From an uncultured virus (IMG/VR IMGVR_UViG_3300011339_000925) (Duplodnaviria > Heunggongvirae > Uroviricota > Caudoviricetes): a stretch of 24,714 bases of DNA. Within the stretch, counting starts at the first letter, position 1, and each line of letters begins with the position of its first letter. Under the pieces are notes generated by a model. It saw nothing but the letters and a program-made list of their open reading frames with translations, searched no databases and was not told the DNA's origin. The stretch lies in IMG/VR virus record IMGVR_UViG_3300011339_000925; one strand, given 5' to 3'. Of this stretch, positions 1 through 6,738 are shown one piece after another. The translations under genes were made by a program, and so were the position numbers.

Positions 1-37
1 CTTCAGCAGTTAATTTTGTAGATTGTTTTAAGCTCAT
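1..37 (-). CDS. Start of next gene, running off the left edge (MSLKQSTKLTAE...)
   Basis: ATG at 35-37 overlaps the TAA of the 112-aa ORF (TAATG coupling). The frame is open to the edge, but only 12 codons are visible. Confidence 0.45.
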   Translation of the reverse strand, partial: MSLKQSTKLTAE

Positions 38-375
38 TATTTTTTATGTGTTATAGTATCTTCACCATCTGTATTTAATATAAACTGCGCCATATCTGTA
101 TCTATACCTTGTTTATGACAAACTTGAAATAATAACATTAATACAATAGATGTTTTAGCATCATAAGCAGATTTAAAAGTACCAAAAGATGTTTTTAAAC
201 TATGAACATTATCTTCTACACTTTTAATTTTTAAAGACAAGTCTTTAATTTCTTTTTCGTGATCGTCCACTTTAGTATTTTTATTTTTATTAGCTTGAAT
301 ATACATTCCTGTCATAAAAACAATTTGCAGTAATCCAAACATTATAACAACCCATTCTGCTACATTTCCAAACAT
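37..375 (-). CDS. Small membrane protein, N-terminal TM helix plus coiled coil (holin/lysis-accessory-like, function uncertain)
   Basis: Hydrophobic WVVIMFGLLQIVFMTGMYI followed by heptad-like VDDHEKEIKDLSLKIKSVEDNVHSLK, with an A-rich leader and upstream promoter-like boxes. Confidence 0.65.
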   Translation of the reverse strand: MFGNVAEWVVIMFGLLQIVFMTGMYIQANKNKNTKVDDHEKEIKDLSLKIKSVEDNVHSLKTSFGTFKSAYDAKTSIVLMLLFQVCHKQGIDTDMAQFILNTDGEDTITHKK

Positions 376-411
376 TATATATATTTTTTAAGTAAGTTTT
401 AGTATTATTTA

Positions 412-428
412 GTAAAAATACAAAACTA
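412..428 (-). promoter_or_regulatory. Candidate Bacteroidota sigma70-type -7 element(s)
   Basis: Minus strand TAGTTTTG (421-428, exact TAnnTTTG) directly followed by TATTTTTAC (412-420), in the intergenic gap upstream of the 112-aa gene. Confidence 0.5.
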
Positions 429-482
429 TTCATGAACTTAAAATTGTAGTTTATTCTTTATATATTATATATGTTTAGTAAA

Positions 483-3400
483 TTAATCTAGTTCAGTAAA
501 TTTTGTTAATGTTTTTTTCACACCAGAATAGAACGGAATTAATGGTTCTATTTTAGCACCTATTTTTAATCTTTCTCTTTTAGTATCTTCATACAAATAT
601 GGATTTCCTATTGCTGTTTCACCTGCAGCTTTTATTAATTCTAATCCTTGTTTAATAGTAGATATAGAAGCCATAGGAGATGAACCTAATAAATCAATAG
701 TTGATTCAGGATTTACAAAGTAAGTTAAATCTCGATTAAACCTCCATGCAGAGTTAATAATAAAATCTGAACCTATTATATCATCCCATTCATCTTCATC
801 ATCATCATATCCTGCTAATGCTTTTGCTAAAAAGTAAGTTAGTGTTAATGATGCAATTATTTTAAATTCTCTTAATGTTTTTCTAACATTCTCTTCATCT
901 AATCCTTCTATATTAAATTCTTTTAATTTATCAGGATTAAAATGTGCTGTCCATAGTATTTGCAATCCTTTTTTAATTGAACTAGAATTTAAACTACCAT
1001 CAGACATAAATACACTACGAAAATATCCTTTATTAACTCCTAACTCTGATGTGTATTCTTTTGAAAATCTTCTTGTAATACCTTCAAATAACCATGATGC
1101 TTTAAATTGACCTAATAATCTACCATAAAAATTTTTATTTAAAGCTATTGGATCTCTTTTATTATCTCTAGCTAATAAAGTTCTAGATAAAGCATGTATT
1201 TCATTTATTACTTTATTACGAAATTCAGAACCAATTTCAAAAGATTCAGTAAAATCACCATCTAAATATGCTGCTCCATTTTCATCAAATTTAATTGCAT
1301 CAAGTAAAGAATAAAGATTACCAGAAGAATCTGGTATTTTAATAGCATTTAATCTTGCAAATAATAAAGAACCTTTTGATATTTTTTCAGATTGCTTAAA
1401 AAACCAAAAAGCTGTATCAGTCCATTTTCCTTTAGGAGTATCATAACCAAAATTACTTAACAATGGAAAATTATTATACCATTTTTCTAATTCGTCAGGA
1501 TTTTTTAATAACTGATATGTTTTTAAAAACCCTAATTTTAAATCACTATCTGTAAAAAATTTACCACCTGCAGCTTCTACATACATAGAAGAAAAAGATT
1601 GAAATAATTCTGCTACTCCTGAAAAAAAATTAAACCCTAATGATTTAATTGCTGTGTAGTTTATTAAATTATTAGTTAATTTTTTACCAGTAACTACTCT
1701 ACCAGAATCATTTCTTTGTTTTTCTATTGCTTTAAATTCTTCTTCTGTAATTAAGTTTTTTTCTAAATTTTCTTTTGCTTGTTGATAATTTTTTTCTAAT
1801 TCAGGGTCATATAACATTTTTGAAAAAACACCATCTTTATCCTGTCTTTTATCATACATGTGTGCTTCAACAAAATACTTTAATTGTTCAAAAGAATTAT
1901 TTTGTAAAGGAGTTGCTAATTGAGGTTTACCATCTTTAAACTGTATGTTTCCATTAACTACTCTATACTCAGGTTGAGCTTTTACAACATTCATTAATAT
2001 TTTTATATCATCTTCTATTTTTTCTTTTTCTGCTTTATTAATAGAAGCTGTTATAAATTCTTGAAGTATTTTAGGTAAATCATAAGATTTATTTTTAGCA
2101 GATAGTTTTTTATTTAACATATTACCATCTGGTATAGACATCATACTTTCACCTGTTGTAGGGTCTTCAAAATATTCTCTTTTATCTTCAGGTATTTCAG
2201 CTAATAAGTAATATGGAAGATTAGACATTTTTGTTAAAAACGCTACATTTTCTGGTAATTCAGGAATATAAGTTAATGATACACTATGTTTAGTAGAAGG
2301 GTCTTCTAACCTAGCTTTTTTAATTGTATTAGTATAAAAATTATAAAATATTTTTCTAGGATCATTATCATTCATAGCTTGTAGTTCTGTAAACTTACTG
2401 TCTAAGTAAATAGGATTTGTTACATTAAATTTAACATAGCTTTTTGTATATGCTAAAAATCTTTTTGCCCATTCTATTTCATCACTACTTCTTTTAGATT
2501 TAGTAAGTATATTTAAAAAAGTTACAGGATTAGAACTCATTAACATATAATTTATCTTATCGTTAATAATATCTTCTAAATTTCTAGTACCTTCTACAAT
2601 ATTACTTTTTCTTATATTTTTTTCACCTTCAGCTAAATATTGGTTATATGCTTCTTCATCAATTTGAATATTGTGATTATTTCTTAAAAAATTTAAATAA
2701 GTTTCTATTTGTCTATTAGTTACTTTTTCATTATTAAAATTAGGTATAACTTTATACTTATCTGTTATATATTTATGATTAAATTCACTAATAGTATATC
2801 CTGTTAGTTCTCCATTTTCATCTGTTTGCAGCATATAATTAAAAAACTCTTTTGGATTTTTTATATCACCTAGTAATTTTAAAATATTTTTTAACGATGC
2901 AATAAATAAATTTTGTTTTACTTCTATTGTATTTACAATATTTACAATTTTTTGATGTGCGTATCTAATTAAAGGGTTATTAGATGTAGCAGCTGATAGT
3001 ACTTTAGATGTCCATTTATCTTCTTGTCTATATCCACCAATAGGTGCTTTAACTTCATTAGATACTTTTTTTTCAGATGCTTTAGTTATAGCAGTTTCTA
3101 AATCAGATAATTTTTGATTAAACAATTTTATTTGATTTAATAAATCTTCTTCATATCCTTCAGTAGGAAACAAATCTAAATAAGTATTTAAATATTGAGA
3201 AGCTAATACAATATGACCATTTGATAAATAAGCAAATGCTTCATCTATATGTTCAAACGCTTGTTGCAATAAAAAAGGAATAATTTGATTTTCTTCGTAC
3301 TTTAAATCTTTAATTCTTTTTTCTAAAGCTTTTATTCTTTTTCTTAAAATAAATTTATACTCTTCATTTTTTTCTTTAAAATATTGTTTTTTAACAGCTT

Positions 3401-5537
3401 CTAAGTTAGATGTTAACTTATTTAAAGCTCTTTCATAAGGAGTTAATTTTATATCGATAGATAATTCTGAAGTAGTAGGTTGTATATCATAAATATACAT
3501 ACTGGTTTTTCCATCTAAAAAGAGTTTAATGTGATCGTATTTTACATTTTCATCTTGTATAAATTGATTTATAAACTCTTCTTTAGTTATATTATTTTCT
3601 TTTAAATAATCCTCTATATTATATAGTCCATAATTTTTAATATTGTAAACCTGATTACCTATATTATAAGTACCTGATTTTAAATTAACTGGTCGTACAA
3701 TTACAGATTTAATACCTTTATTAATCTTGTCAGCACTTTCTTCTTGAAAAGGAAAATCAAAATCTAATGAATACTCTACATCAGGTGTAGTTGTTTCTTC
3801 AACAATAGGATTATTTTCTACAAACTTTTTAAATCCTTCTATATCTTGTTTAGATGAAAGTATATGAATTTGTTCTGGTTCAAATACTATATAGTCTTTA
3901 TAAAAATCATAATCTGCAACAATAGAATCAATATTTTTATCGGTATACCCTTTAGCTTTTTCGTAAGTTATATCTGATAATACTCTTGCTCTATCGTTAC
4001 TTATATTTTTAAAACTTAATATTTCTCTACTGTCTATTAGAGCATTTACTTTATTTTTACCATAATCTTTTATACGATTTAAATCATTTGTAAAAAAGTA
4101 AGCATTAGCAGTATTAGAAATTTCTCTTTCTAGTACTTTTTTAATATTTTTAGAAAACTTATCAAATTCACCATCAGTACCATGATAAACAATATCTTTT
4201 ACTTTACTATCAGGAAATATAGTAGATAAATATCTTTCATATTGTTCTTGTGTACCTATAGATGCAAGTTGTGGATTTTCTGCAAATAATTCACTAATAC
4301 CTTGTCTTGGAGTTACTGATTGTTTATTTTGTACGTAACTTTTAAATCCTTGTATATCTTGTTTAGAACCTAATATATGAATTTGTTCTGGTTTACCAAC
4401 AGCATAAAGAGATAGTTGACCATCATCATTATGTGTAAGCATTGTATCAAATTCTCCTTTTTCATTTATGTTTCGTATTGAAGTGTTTAGTTCTTTTATT
4501 TTATTCTTTAAAAAATCTTCTTCAACATTCTCCCAACCAGAATTTGATTTTTTAAAATCTTCTTTTTCTTCTTTACTTTTAAAGAATTTAATTTCATCTG
4601 TAACATCTATAAGTTGTAAAGCTAAAGCATTTTCAAAATCACCTTTTTGTAATAAAGAATTAATATTAAGTAATTCTTTATTCAAAGACTCTTTAGAATC
4701 TACATAATAACCAAAATGAGCAAATGGTTGAACTTGAATATTTTTTGAATCTACAAGTAATGCTAGAGTATTTCCATATCCTTCAGCTATATTTTTATCT
4801 TTTGCAAAGTAAAACCCTTTTTGAAATTTAGATTTAGAAACATCAACTGTATCAAACTTTTCATTACTACCATGATAAACAATATCTTTTACTTTACTAT
4901 CAGGAAATATAGTATCAAGATATTGAGAGTATAGTTGTAAAGCTTGTTGTTTTTGTTGTGGGGTTATTTGACTATTCCAATTATACTTATTAATAAGATA
5001 ATCTAAAGCTGTAGCATGGGATGATTCCCCAAGTTCCTTATAATAAACAATAGATTTTTCTTTTAATTTGCCAGATTGTAATACTTCTCTAATAAATTTA
5101 TGTTGTTCAGGTTTAATAGTTGTAATAGGAGATAAAATCCATTCTATATATTTTTCTACGCTTTCTTTAGTAGATTTAGTTCTTATTAAACCTTTTTGTA
5201 TTTCAGATTCTACAGAACTGAATGGGTTTCCAAAATGGTTATTAGTATTATTAACTCTCAAACTAAAAATACCACCAATAGATTTAGCATACTGTATTCC
5301 TGCTATTTGGTAAACAGGTTGAATTACTATATTATCCTTTTTAGTTTTATTACCCAATTTAAGATAAATTTCAGATACTGTTTCTTGTTTATTACTAATC
5401 CCTAAAGCTTCATATACAGCATTAGCAAGAGTTTTATTCTCATTAAATAAGTTATTAATAGCAATTTGCTTATTGAGATATTGAATAAATTGTTCTTCTG
5501 GTATTGATTGCCCTTTATATTTTATTATACAACCCAT
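483..5537 (-). CDS. 1684-aa polyvalent virion cargo/ejection protein: Cys head, DUF4326-like, 2x ART-PolyVal-like, ASCH-like, helical C-terminal ejection-protein domain
   Basis: Long ORF with motifs HFGNPF...SHA, two VYHG[ST]...PEQI units and GIKSVIVR. The C-terminal GRLLGQFKASW...RRF...GYFRS and hydrophobic IIASLTLTYFLAKALAG followed by an acidic run resemble the last large cargo protein of crAss-like phages. Confidence 0.85.
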   Translation of the reverse strand: MGCIIKYKGQSIPEEQFIQYLNKQIAINNLFNENKTLANAVYEALGISNKQETVSEIYLKLGNKTKKDNIVIQPVYQIAGIQYAKSIGGIFSLRVNNTNNHFGNPFSSVESEIQKGLIRTKSTKESVEKYIEWILSPITTIKPEQHKFIREVLQSGKLKEKSIVYYKELGESSHATALDYLINKYNWNSQITPQQKQQALQLYSQYLDTIFPDSKVKDIVYHGSNEKFDTVDVSKSKFQKGFYFAKDKNIAEGYGNTLALLVDSKNIQVQPFAHFGYYVDSKESLNKELLNINSLLQKGDFENALALQLIDVTDEIKFFKSKEEKEDFKKSNSGWENVEEDFLKNKIKELNTSIRNINEKGEFDTMLTHNDDGQLSLYAVGKPEQIHILGSKQDIQGFKSYVQNKQSVTPRQGISELFAENPQLASIGTQEQYERYLSTIFPDSKVKDIVYHGTDGEFDKFSKNIKKVLEREISNTANAYFFTNDLNRIKDYGKNKVNALIDSREILSFKNISNDRARVLSDITYEKAKGYTDKNIDSIVADYDFYKDYIVFEPEQIHILSSKQDIEGFKKFVENNPIVEETTTPDVEYSLDFDFPFQEESADKINKGIKSVIVRPVNLKSGTYNIGNQVYNIKNYGLYNIEDYLKENNITKEEFINQFIQDENVKYDHIKLFLDGKTSMYIYDIQPTTSELSIDIKLTPYERALNKLTSNLEAVKKQYFKEKNEEYKFILRKRIKALEKRIKDLKYEENQIIPFLLQQAFEHIDEAFAYLSNGHIVLASQYLNTYLDLFPTEGYEEDLLNQIKLFNQKLSDLETAITKASEKKVSNEVKAPIGGYRQEDKWTSKVLSAATSNNPLIRYAHQKIVNIVNTIEVKQNLFIASLKNILKLLGDIKNPKEFFNYMLQTDENGELTGYTISEFNHKYITDKYKVIPNFNNEKVTNRQIETYLNFLRNNHNIQIDEEAYNQYLAEGEKNIRKSNIVEGTRNLEDIINDKINYMLMSSNPVTFLNILTKSKRSSDEIEWAKRFLAYTKSYVKFNVTNPIYLDSKFTELQAMNDNDPRKIFYNFYTNTIKKARLEDPSTKHSVSLTYIPELPENVAFLTKMSNLPYYLLAEIPEDKREYFEDPTTGESMMSIPDGNMLNKKLSAKNKSYDLPKILQEFITASINKAEKEKIEDDIKILMNVVKAQPEYRVVNGNIQFKDGKPQLATPLQNNSFEQLKYFVEAHMYDKRQDKDGVFSKMLYDPELEKNYQQAKENLEKNLITEEEFKAIEKQRNDSGRVVTGKKLTNNLINYTAIKSLGFNFFSGVAELFQSFSSMYVEAAGGKFFTDSDLKLGFLKTYQLLKNPDELEKWYNNFPLLSNFGYDTPKGKWTDTAFWFFKQSEKISKGSLLFARLNAIKIPDSSGNLYSLLDAIKFDENGAAYLDGDFTESFEIGSEFRNKVINEIHALSRTLLARDNKRDPIALNKNFYGRLLGQFKASWLFEGITRRFSKEYTSELGVNKGYFRSVFMSDGSLNSSSIKKGLQILWTAHFNPDKLKEFNIEGLDEENVRKTLREFKIIASLTLTYFLAKALAGYDDDEDEWDDIIGSDFIINSAWRFNRDLTYFVNPESTIDLLGSSPMASISTIKQGLELIKAAGETAIGNPYLYEDTKRERLKIGAKIEPLIPFYSGVKKTLTKFTELD
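3477..3760 (-). other. ASCH/PUA-like domain within the 1684-aa protein
   Basis: KINKGIKSVIVR (GIKSVIVR at 3693-3716) fits the ASCH I-x-x-G-x-K-x-x-[ETS]-x-R signature with Ile at the E/T/S position. About 95 aa, bounded by EYSLD and ELSID. Confidence 0.5.
3827..4224 (-). other. ADP-ribosyltransferase-fold (ART-PolyVal-like) cassette 2
   Basis: IVYHGT...AYFFTND...DYG...IDSI...DYIVFEPEQI matches the motif order of H-Y-x ART domains in phage polyvalent proteins. Confidence 0.7.
3827..4393. repeat. Direct repeat pair closing both ART cassettes (3827-3880 and 4340-4393)
   Basis: 48 of 54 nt identical, encoding PEQIHIL[GS]SKQDI[QE]GFK. Offset 513 nt, in frame. Confidence 0.95.
4178..4914. repeat. 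Perfect 47-bp direct repeat opening both ART cassettes (4178-4224 and 4868-4914)
   Basis: taccatgataaacaatatcttttactttactatcaggaaatatagta occurs twice and encodes TIFPDSKVKDIVYHG. Offset 690 nt, in frame. Confidence 0.97.
4340..4914 (-). other. ADP-ribosyltransferase-fold (ART-PolyVal-like) cassette 1
   Basis: IVYHGS...GFYFAKD...AEGYG...EFDTM...LYAVGKPEQI, with a long helical insert. Confidence 0.7.
4976..5330 (-). other. DUF4326-like domain within the 1684-aa protein
   Basis: R...HFGNPF (5220-5237)...KESVEKYIEWI...LKEKSIVYY...SHATAL follows the DUF4326 pattern (R..WGNPF..v..Y..W..L.GK.L.C.C.P..CH..L) but lacks the cysteines. Confidence 0.6.
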
Positions 5538-6258
5538 AGTTTGTTCATTTTAATTAATTCTATTGTACTTACAGAAACACCATATTTAGAAGCTATTTCT
5601 TTCATTTTCATTTTACCAAATAAAATTCTAATTTCATTAGCTTTTTCTTGGTTAAGTTTAGCCCTCGGATGATTCTCACCTTTAAACTTTTCAGATATTT
5701 TCTGTTTAGTTTCTTCTGAAAGATTTTTTCCTAAATGAGATTTTCTAATACTTTCTTTATGTTCATCAGATAGCTTTCTACCCACTCTTTTAGGATTATT
5801 AGTATTACTTTCAGAAATCTTTTGTTTATGTTCTTCTGTTAATACCATTCCTAAATTACTATTTACTTTTTTTCTTTTGTTAAAAGTAGGTTTTAAAATA
5901 TCTATGAAAAATTGTTCAAGTTTTAATAAATATTCTTTAGGACAATTAACTAAAATTTCAAACTGAAAATTATCAATACCATATTTATTACAAGATGCTT
6001 GCAGATGTTTATTAGGATGTTTTGACAGATTCATATTAGCAAAATGAGTTCTTTTTCTGCTATTTAGGTTTACAGCAGAACCAATATAACTATCTTGAGT
6101 TATTATATTTGTTATTTTATATATACCGCTTATGAACATTGTTTTTCTATTAAGTTGTCTTTCAATAGCAAAGATAATAAATTTTCAGCAGAAATACCAG
6201 AATTAGTTAATATTTTTGAATATACAGCATTAGCTAATTCAGGATTATTATTAAATAA
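5412..6258 (-). mobile_element. Putative homing-endonuclease insertion block bounded by direct repeats (5412-5450 and 6220-6258)
   Basis: Identical 15-mer atatacagcattagc at 5412-5426 and 6220-6234, plus attaaataa at 5442-5450 and 6250-6258. Both copies encode LFNxNxxLANAVY, are 808 bp apart and enclose the GIY-YIG gene. Confidence 0.55.
5525..6139 (-). CDS. GIY-YIG homing endonuclease with NUMOD3 repeats and C-terminal HTH
   Basis: SGIYKITN...YIGSA...R...H...LEQFFID...FN catalytic pattern, three [LT]xEEHKQKIS-type NUMOD3 repeats, GENHP, and HTH-like KEIASKYGVSVSTIELIK. Overlaps both neighbours (10 and 13 nt). Confidence 0.95.
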   Translation of the reverse strand: MFISGIYKITNIITQDSYIGSAVNLNSRKRTHFANMNLSKHPNKHLQASCNKYGIDNFQFEILVNCPKEYLLKLEQFFIDILKPTFNKRKKVNSNLGMVLTEEHKQKISESNTNNPKRVGRKLSDEHKESIRKSHLGKNLSEETKQKISEKFKGENHPRAKLNQEKANEIRILFGKMKMKEIASKYGVSVSTIELIKMNKLWVV

Positions 6259-6738
6259 TTCTTCTACACCTGGTTTAATAAGTGTTTCAGGACTTATTGA
6301 ATACTCTAAATCTTTTTGTTCTTGTTCTCTTAAAACTTCATCATCCAAATAAAAATCATTATTTTCATACCATTCTTTTATTTTATTTTCTTCTTCTTTT
6401 TTTAGTTTAGCTATATATTCTTCTTTTGCTTTTTTTTCTTGTTCTTTTGTTAAAAGAGGTTTAGCAACTGTTACAGGATTTTTATTTTCTAATTCCCAAG
6501 TATATAAATCAGCTTGTCCTACTTTAGTAAAATTTATAAAATAACTTGTATTATTTTCTTTATTGTACTCACCAATTTTTTTCTTAATATTAATTTGTTG
6601 TGCAAATGAAACTTCTTTACGATAGTTTTTTAAAACTTGCTTAAGTTTAATATATTTTTTTAAACCTTCTTCAGCTCCATATTTAAAAGCTAAGTCATTT
6701 AATATTTTATTACTTGCACTGTTTAATAAACAATTCAT
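6130..6738 (-). CDS. 202-aa hypothetical virion cargo protein with Cys at both ends (C3, C201); putative adaptor or N-terminal half of a split gene
   Basis: ATGA overlap with the 4999-aa gene. Shares the ELFxxNPxLA / LANAVY linker and EYS[IL] motif with the 1684-aa protein. Confidence 0.8.
   Translation of the reverse strand: MNCLLNSASNKILNDLAFKYGAEEGLKKYIKLKQVLKNYRKEVSFAQQINIKKKIGEYNKENNTSYFINFTKVGQADLYTWELENKNPVTVAKPLLTKEQEKKAKEEYIAKLKKEEENKIKEWYENNDFYLDDEVLREQEQKDLEYSISPETLIKPGVEELFNNNPELANAVYSKILTNSGISAENLLSLLLKDNLIEKQCS

Noticed and set aside
4468..4707. Plus-strand 79-aa ORF
   Set aside because: Antisense shadow of ART cassette 1 with the F/S/L-rich composition typical of reverse-complemented K/E-rich coding sequence.
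3827..4914. CRISPR array or diversity-generating retroelement TR/VR pair
   Set aside because: Only two copies of each repeat, hundreds of bp apart and coding. The 47-bp copies are identical rather than adenine-mutated, and there is no reverse transcriptase in the window.
5068..5405. Plus-strand ORFs of 81 and 69 aa
   Set aside because: Antisense to the DUF4326-like domain, non-ATG starts, no recognisable motifs.
5427..6219. Group I intron around the GIY-YIG gene
   Set aside because: No non-coding space, since the nuclease overlaps both neighbours. The flanks are short and read as sensible protein, and I see no P7-type core sequences.
5450..6219. Split intein flanking the endonuclease
   Set aside because: The head lacks a terminal His-Asn followed by Cys/Ser/Thr, the tail lacks intein block A/B features, and both pieces are too short for a HINT fold.
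6095..6352. Plus-strand 85-aa ORF
   Set aside because: Antisense to two well-supported genes, with a TTG start.
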